Shown here piece after piece: positions 20,668-29,261 of a stretch of DNA of 64,000 bases. Location: assembly GCA_046091245.1 (NCBI GenBank), contig JBJTBK010000052.1, forward strand, positions 28 through 64,027, written 5' to 3'. This DNA comes from Nevskiaceae bacterium (lineage in GTDB: Bacteria; Pseudomonadota; Gammaproteobacteria; Steroidobacterales; Steroidobacteraceae). Within the stretch, counting starts at the first letter, position 1, and the number at the start of each line of letters is the position of its first letter. The notes under the pieces were generated by a model that saw only the letters and a program-made list of their open reading frames with translations, ran no database searches and was not told where the DNA came from. Position numbers and translations under genes: made by a program.

Positions 20668-22512
20668 CTAGTTGCGCGGTATCGGCTGCAGGGCGACGAG
20701 TATCGTCTCGGGGCCGCCATGTACCCCGATCGCGGGGCCCATGTCCGTGTGGACGATCGATTCGATGCTCCCAGCGGGCAGGCGGCGCTCGAGTTCTGTG
20801 GCGACGAAGCGGCCGTCGGCAGGCTTGAGTCCACAACCGATGAGTATGCGCAACTGCTCGCGGCTGGCATCGAACGGCATGTTCTTGACCACGAATTTGG
20901 CGAAGCGTTCACGCAGCCGATGCGGACCGAACAGACCACCGCCCGCCGCGACTCGTCCGTCCGGATAGGTGCGCAGGATCACGGTGAGTCGCAACCAGCG
21001 CGCAATCTTGCCGACAATGGCGGGCACCCGCCCACCTCTCACACCGAAGCGCACGTCGTTGAGCAGCGCAAACGTACGCGTCCGCCTCACCGCTTCGCGC
21101 GCGATTCGCTCGACGGTTGCCATATCGGCCCCGCGTGCGGCGGCTTCCGCGGCTGCCAGCACGACCAGACCCTCGCCCGTCGAGGCGTTCAGGCTGTCGA
21201 TGACGGTGACGGGCTTGCCCTCGCTTGCCACGCGTTGTCCTGCCGTCACGGCAGCGTTAAGGGTACCGCTGTGTCGTGAGGTCAGATTGATCGAGACGAT
21301 GCCCTGATAGTGCGAGGCGAGAAATTCAAAGGTGCGGCGGAAGTCCCCGGGCGGTGGCTGGGACGTCTTCGGGTGCTCTGGATTGACCAGCAACTCGCGG
21401 TAGAACTCCGTGGGCGTCATGCTGACTTTGTCCAGATAGGAGCGGTTGCCGAAGTGAATGCGGGCCGGCACGACGTGGATGCCGAGGCGTTCGATCATCT
21501 CTTCCGGCAAGTCTGCACCGGAGTCGGTCGTTACGGCGATCTGCCGTAGTGCCTGATGGTGCGCCGCGCTTTGCTGCATGCGCATGTCGTCGGCTTTCTG
21601 CGCAGAGATCGCACCGAAGCCGGCGGCAATGCGAAACACCTCATCCGGTTCGTCGACGTGCACGTGGATGCGCGCCTTGCGCGTACTGCCGCTGACCACG
21701 AGGCTCGCCCCGAGCGGCGCAAGCGTTTCGCGCAATTGCCGCAGATCGATGCTTTGCTCAGCCGGGGCGGCGATCAGGCACTCGGTGCAGAAACGAAAAT
21801 CCTGATCGGCGGACGGCGCAGCGCTCCCGATCATCATTTCTTCACCCGCATGCACAGGGGCGACGGTCTTTGCCATTTCACCGGTTTCGAGAAAGCGAGT
21901 CATGCCCTCAAGGACTTCGACGAAGCCGAGCGCGCCCGCATCGACTACATTAGCGGCGCGTAATTCTTCGAGCTGACCTCGAGTCTGCTCGAGAGCCGTT
22001 CGAACCCGATCGAGTGAACTGACGAACAGCCCGCGAAAGTCACCGGCTTTCGCTTGATGCGCCTGTACGGCGAGGGCGAACTCGCGCAGCACCGTCAACA
22101 AGGTGCCTTCGCGCGGTTGCGACATCGCATCACGCGCATAGTTGGCTCCGTTGGTGACGGCGGCGACGAACTCATTGACACCGACGCGGGCCAAATGACC
22201 CGCGCCATCGCCGAGGCCCAGCAGGAACTGCGCGAGGATCGCTCCCGAATTGCCGCGAGCGCCATCGAGCGCCGCAGCCGCAGCGCGCACGAGCAGGCTA
22301 CCGGCGTGCGGTTCAGGCGCTCGATCAAGAGCACCCAACACCGCCGAGAGCGTCATCGACATATTGGTCCCCGTATCGCCGTCCGGAACAGGGAATACGT
22401 TGATCTTGTTGATGTGGTCGGTCTGCGCGAACAACCGATAGATGCCGGCACGCAGCAGGTCGGCGAGGACGAGGCCATCGAGTTCGATAACGGCTGGGGT
22501 CGAGGGACTCAT
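20668..22512 (-). CDS. DAK2 (FakA-like kinase N-terminal + middle domain) fused to a DegV (FakB-like) fatty-acid-binding domain
   Basis: The N-terminus has VFPVPDGDTGTNM and GARGNSGAIL (DhaL/DAK2). The middle part has FRFCTECLI...RIHVHVDEP (YloV/FakA middle domain). The C-terminal 280 aa start IAVTTDSGADLP, typical of DegV. Confidence 0.8.
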   Translation of the reverse strand: MSPSTPAVIELDGLVLADLLRAGIYRLFAQTDHINKINVFPVPDGDTGTNMSMTLSAVLGALDRAPEPHAGSLLVRAAAAALDGARGNSGAILAQFLLGLGDGAGHLARVGVNEFVAAVTNGANYARDAMSQPREGTLLTVLREFALAVQAHQAKAGDFRGLFVSSLDRVRTALEQTRGQLEELRAANVVDAGALGFVEVLEGMTRFLETGEMAKTVAPVHAGEEMMIGSAAPSADQDFRFCTECLIAAPAEQSIDLRQLRETLAPLGASLVVSGSTRKARIHVHVDEPDEVFRIAAGFGAISAQKADDMRMQQSAAHHQALRQIAVTTDSGADLPEEMIERLGIHVVPARIHFGNRSYLDKVSMTPTEFYRELLVNPEHPKTSQPPPGDFRRTFEFLASHYQGIVSINLTSRHSGTLNAAVTAGQRVASEGKPVTVIDSLNASTGEGLVVLAAAEAAARGADMATVERIAREAVRRTRTFALLNDVRFGVRGGRVPAIVGKIARWLRLTVILRTYPDGRVAAGGGLFGPHRLRERFAKFVVKNMPFDASREQLRILIGCGLKPADGRFVATELERRLPAGSIESIVHTDMGPAIGVHGGPETILVALQPIPRN

Positions 22513-22528
22513 CGTGCGATGGCCCGCC

Positions 22529-23185
22529 TCAGTTGATGGACAACATGAACGAATTTCCGCCCGCGTTCAGCAGTACGCCCTCCGGCAAGATCTGCTCGAC
22601 GCGCAGACCCTCGCGACTCACTTCGCCTTCACGCAACCGTTGACCATTGAGCAGTACAAATCGCATCGTCGGGTTGGCGTCGTAGACGTGCATGTTCAGG
22701 TTGGCTTCGGGGATTGCTGCGCCGGCAGCCAACAAATCGTCCCGACTCGGTAGAGTCGGCGTCTCGTCGCCAAGCGCTGCGGCCGGCGCGACGCGCACGA
22801 GGGGCGGCTGCGGTGCTCCGCGTGGTACGACCGAGGCCGGGCTGGTGACCGCCCGGGTGGGCCTCGTCGGTTGCGGCGCGGTGGGCGATGAGCCGGAGGG
22901 TGACGGCCCCGACACTGAGGGTGTGTCTGCTGTCGCGGCGCCGAGGGGCGACGGGGACGCTACCTCAGCGGGTGCGGCCGTCACGCCTTGCGGTGATTCG
23001 CTCGGCCGCCACAGGGCGTAGGCGAGGATTAGCAGATTGAGCGCGAGCAGCGCGATCAGCGCGATACCCCAGCGTGGTAGGCCCTGACGCCGGACGGCCG
23101 CGGCCTGCGCGTCGAAGATCGCGGGATGATCCTGCCGCAGTCGCGAATGCTCGGACTTTTTCAGCGCGTCGAGAATGAAGGACAT
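22529..23185 (-). CDS. GspB-like (type II secretion protein B family) bitopic protein
   Basis: Start corrected to MSFILDALKKSEHSR. It has a single TM, a long Pro/Ser/Ala-rich linker and a C-terminal LNMHVYDANPTMRFVLLNGQRLREGE module, as in GspB/ExeB. It lies 16 nt upstream of the DAK2-DegV gene. Confidence 0.7.
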   Translation of the reverse strand: MSFILDALKKSEHSRLRQDHPAIFDAQAAAVRRQGLPRWGIALIALLALNLLILAYALWRPSESPQGVTAAPAEVASPSPLGAATADTPSVSGPSPSGSSPTAPQPTRPTRAVTSPASVVPRGAPQPPLVRVAPAAALGDETPTLPSRDDLLAAGAAIPEANLNMHVYDANPTMRFVLLNGQRLREGEVSREGLRVEQILPEGVLLNAGGNSFMLSIN

Positions 23186-23243
23186 GGTCGAGCGATGAGC
23201 CGCAAATTCCCCCAGATGACCGAAGTATTGCACGCCCGGGGGC

Positions 23244-24077
23244 GTGCGCGGCATAGTCCCGGGCATCGTGCGGATTTCCCGGCAGCAGTGGCAGGCTTGC
23301 GCGCTCGCGCCGTCCCAAGATTCCGACGTCCTGGGTCTGCCCCAAGGCCATGAGTTGCATCTGTGGTGCGCTGATCTCGACGACACGGCATGGACCGCCC
23401 TCGGCGAGGGTAGCCTCGATGAGTCGGAACGTTCCCGGGCTGCAGGCATGGCGGATTCGCGTGCGCGCGAGCACTTTTCACGTTCTCGATCGCTATTGCG
23501 CCGGGTGCTCGCCCGTTACCACGGAGGCCAGCCGGCGGCGCTGCAGTTCGACGTCCTGGCGCATGGCAAACCTCGCCTTCGAGACCGCGCAGGGCACGCG
23601 GCGCCGCTGCAGTTCAACCTGAGTCATAGCCGCGGCGGTTGGTTGCTGGCCATCGGCTCGGTCGATCCGCTCGGCATCGATCTCGAGCGGCCTCGAGAGG
23701 TGCCCAATGCGGCACGGCTTGCCGAGCGGGTGTTCTCGCCGAACGAGCGAGCGGCACTCGTTGAGGCCATGACCGTTTCGGCCGCGCGACGCGACGCCGT
23801 CTTCCTCGAGTGCTGGACGCGCAAAGAGGCGGCACTGAAGGCGCTCGGCGACGGGTTTTCGCTCGGGGCCGCGACCTTGGAAGTGGGGTTATCGAGCGAG
23901 GGCGGCGCCGAGGCGACGGCGGATCTCGACAAGTCTGTGCTTAGCCATCCGCGGCATCCGTCGCGACCGTTCAGGCTCAGTTCAATCGAATTACCTTGGC
24001 CGGCCCATGCAGCCTGCGCCCATGCGCCGCAGATCACACAGCTCGAGTGTCATTGGCTGAACGCGACGGCGGTCTGA
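23244..24077 (+). CDS. 4'-phosphopantetheinyl transferase (Sfp/EntD type)
   Basis: Motifs seen are GKPRL, FNLSHSRG, GIDLE and WTRKEAALKALG. The exact start is uncertain. Confidence 0.8.
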   Translation: MRGIVPGIVRISRQQWQACALAPSQDSDVLGLPQGHELHLWCADLDDTAWTALGEGSLDESERSRAAGMADSRAREHFSRSRSLLRRVLARYHGGQPAALQFDVLAHGKPRLRDRAGHAAPLQFNLSHSRGGWLLAIGSVDPLGIDLERPREVPNAARLAERVFSPNERAALVEAMTVSAARRDAVFLECWTRKEAALKALGDGFSLGAATLEVGLSSEGGAEATADLDKSVLSHPRHPSRPFRLSSIELPWPAHAACAHAPQITQLECHWLNATAV

Positions 24078-24079
24078 GC

Positions 24080-24589
24080 ATGGAGCTCCTCGAGGGATTG
24101 CGCTGGTCACGAGAGGACATCGCAGCGGGAGAATACTGGCGGCTGATCACCGGTCATCTGGTACACCTCAGCGCCGGACATGCCTTGCTGAACGCGCTGG
24201 GTGCCGTGATCGTGTGGACCGTGTTCCGCGAGCAACTGGCGTCGCGCCTCGGGCTCTGGGCGCTGTTCGTCGGTTTCGTCAGCGTCAATGTCGGGCTCTG
24301 GTTCGCGACACCTTGGCAATGGTACGTCGGCGCCTCGGGCCTGCTGCATGCGCTGGCCGCCGCCGGCATCGTGCAGGCGCTGGGATCACGAGGCGGCATA
24401 GTGCCGTGGACGCTCGGGCTGTTGGGGGCTGTCAAACTGCTCTATGAACAGTGGCAGGGTCCTCTCGGCTGGACGCCCGGTTCGCCGCCCGTGGTGACTG
24501 CTGCGCACCTCTTCGGTGCCATCGGCGGTGTGCTCACGGCGCTGGTATCGCAGTTATCGCGACGGCTTAGCTCTGCCGACGACGGTTGA
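24080..24589 (+). CDS. rrtA: Rhombosortase (rhomboid-family intramembrane serine protease), short form
   Basis: Has AAGEYWRLITGHLVHLSAGHALLN (rhombosortase-type WR/HxxxN region), the GASGLLHAL catalytic GxSG and AAHLFGAIGG (His). ATG at 24080 lies 2 nt after the PPTase stop. Only about 17 residues precede the WR motif. Confidence 0.75.
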   Translation: MELLEGLRWSREDIAAGEYWRLITGHLVHLSAGHALLNALGAVIVWTVFREQLASRLGLWALFVGFVSVNVGLWFATPWQWYVGASGLLHALAAAGIVQALGSRGGIVPWTLGLLGAVKLLYEQWQGPLGWTPGSPPVVTAAHLFGAIGGVLTALVSQLSRRLSSADDG

Positions 24590-25745
24590 GTACGCTGGCG
24601 CGGGCGACGGAGGCCACGCCGAAGCGATCGCGGATCGCATCGAGCGTGGCGTCGAGTTTGCGTTGCGGTGCGGCGTCGATGCTGGCAAAGAGATCCGGCT
24701 GTGCTTCGGTGTCGAGAGCACTGGCGGAAACACCGAGCAGCCGCAGCCGAGCATGGGGTTCGTGGGCGAGCCAGTCATCAAGCAGTTGGCGCGCGGCCCT
24801 ACCGATGGTCGCACTGTCCTGGGTCGCCGGTGCCAGCGTGAGTTGGCGTGTGACCGTCCGAAAGTCGTGCTGCCGTATCTTGATACCGATGCAGGCGGCG
24901 CGTAAATCTTTGTTCCGCAGGCGTGCTGCGACCTGATCGGCCAGCGCCACGAGCTCGGCATGCATGGCACCGTGCTCGGCGAGATCGGTGGCAAACGTGC
25001 GCTCGTTACTGACCGATTTTTCTTCCCGCTCGGCGATGACCGCTCGATCGTCGATGCCGGCCGCGCGCTCGCGCCACCGCGCCCAATCGTTGCCGAATAA
25101 TGGCCTTAAGCGCTGCTCGCTGGCGCGGCGCAACTCGCCGAGCGTCGTCAGACCTGAAGCGCGTACGGCCTCACCTTTTTTGCGTCCGAGCCCTGGCAGG
25201 CGATGCACGGGCAGCGGATCGAGCATGGCGTGCAATCGTTCAGCAGACACGACCGTCAGTCCATCGGGCTTGTCGAGATCCGAGGCGATTTTGGCGACGA
25301 GTTTATTGCCCGCGACGCCCACCGAAGCGGTTAGTCCCGTTTCGCTCCGAATGCGCTGCTTGATATCGCGCGCGATGCTCACTGGATCTCCTTTCAAACC
25401 TTGGCTCGCAGTCACGTCGAGATAGGCCTCATCGAGCGACAGCCCTTCGACGAGCGGTGTGTAGTCGTGGAAGATCGCAAACACCTGAGCCGACACTTCG
25501 GCGTAGCGGCGCATCCGCGGGCGGACACAGATCGCCTGAGGACACAGGGTCAGCGCGCGGCGTATCGGCATGGCCGAGCGCACACCGAACTTGCGCACCT
25601 CATAGCTCGCCGCAGCCACCACGCCGCGACCGCTGGTGCCGCCGACGATCAAGGGTTTACCGCGTAACTCGGGGTTGTCGCGCTGCTCGACGGACGCGTA
25701 GAACGCATCCATGTCGACATGCAGGATGCTGCGCGAAGCGGTCAT
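24567..25745 (-). CDS. dinB: DNA polymerase IV
   Basis: Starts ILHVDMDAFYASVEQRDNPELRGKPLIVGG, with Y-family polymerase layout throughout. Confidence 0.95.
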   Translation of the reverse strand: MTASRSILHVDMDAFYASVEQRDNPELRGKPLIVGGTSGRGVVAAASYEVRKFGVRSAMPIRRALTLCPQAICVRPRMRRYAEVSAQVFAIFHDYTPLVEGLSLDEAYLDVTASQGLKGDPVSIARDIKQRIRSETGLTASVGVAGNKLVAKIASDLDKPDGLTVVSAERLHAMLDPLPVHRLPGLGRKKGEAVRASGLTTLGELRRASEQRLRPLFGNDWARWRERAAGIDDRAVIAEREEKSVSNERTFATDLAEHGAMHAELVALADQVAARLRNKDLRAACIGIKIRQHDFRTVTRQLTLAPATQDSATIGRAARQLLDDWLAHEPHARLRLLGVSASALDTEAQPDLFASIDAAPQRKLDATLDAIRDRFGVASVARASVLNRRRQS

Positions 25746-25758
25746 GCCTTCGATGCGC

Positions 25759-26616
25759 TCAAGTCTCGAGTAGCGAGATGAGGCCCGTGGTGGTCAGCAC
25801 TATTCCGGCAAGTCCAAGATACAGCATGCCGAGTATGAGGAATTTGACCATGGTCAGGCTGCGGCCGTTGCCGTAAAACACACGCATCCCGCGCCAACAG
25901 TACCAAACCATGTAGAGGAAGCCGACCAATGACAGCAGACCTGCGATCGCTTCGGGTAACACCATGCCACCGACTTGCACGAGGATGCTGACGAGAAAGA
26001 TCGCGGTGTGGTTGCCGAGCAGAAACACCAAGTGCTCGGCGTAAAGTCGGTACGGACGAAGATAAAACGGCAGCATCAATAGCGCAAATACCGGTAGCAG
26101 CACGAACATCGCCTTCGGCAGATTGCGCATGAACACAGTGCCGAGCGTGGCACCACCGTCTTTCAGGGCGTTTCGGCAGCCCGCCTCGATCTGCGGTTTG
26201 ACTTTCTGCGCCAAGGGTCCGTTGTACTCGATTTTCTCGCACAAACCCGCCACGGCCTTTTGGTTTTCATTGGGTTTGGTGAGGCTGACGCCTTCGATGG
26301 TGACGTTTTCGTTGACGGTGTAGGCGGGGCCGCTGTCGATACCGAGCAGCAGGAAAAACCCTACGCTGACGATCAGGTACAAGCGAATGGGCGGCAGATA
26401 ACGCGCCCGACGGCCCTCGAAGAATTCAACGGCGAGTAGCCCAGGCTTCGACAGTAGCTGCCACAGCGTGGCCCATAGCCTCGAGTCGGCGTGACTGAAG
26501 GTCTCTGCTGTCTCGGCGACGAAGTGGCCCACGGAAGGCCGATGCGGATCATGCTTCTGGCCGCAAAGCGCGCAATACGGCCCCTGCAACGCCGCTCCGC
26601 AGTTCAAGCAGTTCAT
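25759..26616 (-). CDS. DUF3667-like zinc-ribbon membrane protein
   Basis: Has the N-terminal zinc ribbon MNCLNCGAALQGPYCALCGQKH, then the SRLWATLWQLLSKPGLLAVEFFEGRRARYLPPIRLYL pattern and C-terminal TM helices. Confidence 0.7.
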   Translation of the reverse strand: MNCLNCGAALQGPYCALCGQKHDPHRPSVGHFVAETAETFSHADSRLWATLWQLLSKPGLLAVEFFEGRRARYLPPIRLYLIVSVGFFLLLGIDSGPAYTVNENVTIEGVSLTKPNENQKAVAGLCEKIEYNGPLAQKVKPQIEAGCRNALKDGGATLGTVFMRNLPKAMFVLLPVFALLMLPFYLRPYRLYAEHLVFLLGNHTAIFLVSILVQVGGMVLPEAIAGLLSLVGFLYMVWYCWRGMRVFYGNGRSLTMVKFLILGMLYLGLAGIVLTTTGLISLLET

Positions 26617-26625
26617 CGCGAGTAA

Positions 26626-29178
26626 CTAGAGCGTGGCTTCGACAACGGCGTCCGAGGCGATCTGCACATTCACCCGCAGCGAAGGCGCACCATGGGTGCC
26701 GAGTTCGTGGGTGGCAAAATCGTCGACATGGATCAGTTCCATGACCTTTCGATCGTAGTCGCGCAGCCATGCTGCATCATCGACGCTGAGTAAGCCGATG
26801 CGTTCCGCCTCATCGATCTGCCCTGGCAGATCGAGTGCTTCGATGCGCCCGGTTTTCACGCCTTCGACACGAATGCGACGGTCGAGCTCTTCGGCTCGAC
26901 CCGACATCTCAAGAGCTTCTTGCAGCAGTCCCAGTGGATTGTTCGCTTCAACCCGACGGAACACCGGATAGCACAGCCGATCGCGCACCTCGGTCGGAGA
27001 TCCGACCAGCTCCGCGAGCGAATGGCTCAGCCGATCGTCAGGCGCGGAGTACTGCAGACCGTGCGGGAAGATGAAAAATCGCATCGCGCCGCCAAGCACG
27101 CGGTTGGGGAAGTTGCGCAAGAATGCATGCAACTGTTCCTGAGCTTTGTAGAGCAGGTTGCGGCAGGCCCACTCGACGATGGGCAAGTCTTCGGCGCGAC
27201 GACCCTGGTTGTCGTAATGCTTCAGCACCATCGAGGCGAGATACATGTAAGAGAGTACGTCGCCAAGGCGGGCAGAGAGATTTTCCTTTTTCTTGAGATA
27301 GCCGCCGAGACTCAGCATGGCCACATCGACGGCAAAAGCGAAGCTCGCCGAGAAACGCACGATGTGCTGGTAATACCGTGCCGCCGGACCTTCGACGGGT
27401 ACCTTGGTGAAGCGCGCGTTGGTGAGCGCCATGATGAACGAGCGCACCGCATTGCTGAGCGTGAAGCCGACGTGTCCGAGCAGAGCGTTGTCGAAGTCCC
27501 TGAGCCCCTGCTTGCGATCCGAGTTACGCGCAGCTTCCATTTCCTTGAGGACGAACGGATGGCAGCGCACGGCTCCTTGGCCGAAGATGATCAGGCTGCG
27601 CGTGAGGATGTTTGCGCCTTCCACGGTGATGGCTACCGGAACGACTTGATAGCCGCGGCCGAGGTAGTTGCGAGGGCCGAGACAGATGCCCTTGCCGCCG
27701 TGCACGTCCATGGCGTCGTTTGCCACCTGCCGACTCATCTCGGTGACGTGGTACTTGAGCATCGCCGAAGGTACCGAGGGCTTTTCACCGCCGTCGATGG
27801 CGCCGGCGGTAACCGAGCGCGCGGCATCCATGATGTAGGTGTAGCCGACCATACGCGCGATGACGCTCTCGATTCCTTCGAACTTGCCGACCGGCATGTT
27901 GAACTGCCGACGGATGCGCGCGTAGGCACCGGTCGCGAATACGGCCGCTTTACCGCCGCCTGTGCCGCTCGAGGGCAAAGAAATACAGCGACCGACCGAG
28001 AGTTGCTCGACCAGCATGCGCCAACCTTGCCCCGCCATCTTTGGGCCGCCGATGATGAAATCGAGCGGTACGAACACGTCATTGCCCTGGATAGGACCGT
28101 TCTGGAACGGCACGTTCAGCGGGAAGTGCCGACGCCCGATGCTCACGCCACGCGTGTTGCGCGGGATCAGCGCACAGGTGATGCCTACGTCGGTGGTATC
28201 GCTCAGCAGTTTTTCGGGATCAAACAAGCGAAACGCAAGACCGATGACCGTGGCCACCGGCGCGAGCGTGATGTAGCGCTTGGAGAAGTTCAGTCGCAGA
28301 CCGACGATTTCCTGACCTTCCCACACACCACGGCAGACAACGCCGGTGTCGGGCAGCGAGGCGGCATCGGACCCCGCTCGCGGGCCGGTCAGCGCGAAGC
28401 AAGGAATATCTTCGCCGCGAGCGAGACGCGGCAGGTAATGATTTTTTTGCTCCTCGGTGCCGTAGTGCTGCAGCAGCTCGCCGGGACCGAGCGAGTTGGG
28501 CACTGCGACCGTCGAGGAAACGGTGGCGCTGCGAGAGGAGAGTTTCGCGAGCACGCAGGAGTGAGCATAGGCAGAGAATTCGAGCCCACCGTACTTCTTC
28601 TGGATGATCATGGCGAAGAAGCCGTTGCGCTTGAGGTAGTCCCACACCTCGGGTGGCATATCGCCACGACGATGGGTGATGTCGAAGTCATCGATCATTC
28701 GACATAGCTCTTCGCAGGGCCCATCGAGGAACGTTTGTTCTTCGGCGGTCAGTTGCGGCGCCTTGGCGCTGAGCAGCTTCGACCAGTCCGGCTTGCCGGT
28801 GAACAGCTCGCCGTCCCACCACACGGTGCCTGCCTCGAGCGCTTCGCGCTCGGTGCTCGACATTGCCGGAAGCATACGGCGGTAAATTTTCATGAAGGGG
28901 CGCGACACCAGTGCCTTGCGCAGTGGCACGATGTTGAGTAGCGCGAGCACCCCGAACACCGTCCAAAGAAATCCCTTCCACAATCCGGCAGGATCGCCGA
29001 TCACGGTGTACGCGAGCAGCAGGACGAAGAAGGTGCCGGTATAGGCCGCAAGGCTGAGTCGCCGGTAGGCGAGGAACAGCAAAGCGCCGACGAACAGCAG
29101 TGCGATGACGCCGCCCTTGAGCGTCAGGGCCCAGATCGCAACCGCGAGCAGGGCGAGGGCGATGATGGTGTTGGCCAT
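26626..29178 (-). CDS. fadE: Large membrane-associated acyl-CoA dehydrogenase (FadE type)
   Basis: The 850 aa product has N-terminal TM helices followed by ACAD domains with FadE-like architecture. Confidence 0.85.
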   Translation of the reverse strand: MANTIIALALLAVAIWALTLKGGVIALLFVGALLFLAYRRLSLAAYTGTFFVLLLAYTVIGDPAGLWKGFLWTVFGVLALLNIVPLRKALVSRPFMKIYRRMLPAMSSTEREALEAGTVWWDGELFTGKPDWSKLLSAKAPQLTAEEQTFLDGPCEELCRMIDDFDITHRRGDMPPEVWDYLKRNGFFAMIIQKKYGGLEFSAYAHSCVLAKLSSRSATVSSTVAVPNSLGPGELLQHYGTEEQKNHYLPRLARGEDIPCFALTGPRAGSDAASLPDTGVVCRGVWEGQEIVGLRLNFSKRYITLAPVATVIGLAFRLFDPEKLLSDTTDVGITCALIPRNTRGVSIGRRHFPLNVPFQNGPIQGNDVFVPLDFIIGGPKMAGQGWRMLVEQLSVGRCISLPSSGTGGGKAAVFATGAYARIRRQFNMPVGKFEGIESVIARMVGYTYIMDAARSVTAGAIDGGEKPSVPSAMLKYHVTEMSRQVANDAMDVHGGKGICLGPRNYLGRGYQVVPVAITVEGANILTRSLIIFGQGAVRCHPFVLKEMEAARNSDRKQGLRDFDNALLGHVGFTLSNAVRSFIMALTNARFTKVPVEGPAARYYQHIVRFSASFAFAVDVAMLSLGGYLKKKENLSARLGDVLSYMYLASMVLKHYDNQGRRAEDLPIVEWACRNLLYKAQEQLHAFLRNFPNRVLGGAMRFFIFPHGLQYSAPDDRLSHSLAELVGSPTEVRDRLCYPVFRRVEANNPLGLLQEALEMSGRAEELDRRIRVEGVKTGRIEALDLPGQIDEAERIGLLSVDDAAWLRDYDRKVMELIHVDDFATHELGTHGAPSLRVNVQIASDAVVEATL

Positions 29179-29202
29179 GCTTGAAGCCTACTGGATCGGC
29201 GT

Positions 29203-29235
29203 AGAAACGAAAGAGGGGGCGTTGCCGCCCCCTCC
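29203..29235 (-). terminator. Intrinsic terminator after mdh
   Basis: On the minus strand a GAGGGGGCG-GCAA-CGCCCCCTC hairpin is followed by TTTCGTTTCT, 27 nt after the mdh stop. Confidence 0.7.
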
Positions 29236-29261
29236 GTGATCCATCCCGATGCCGACTGAAA

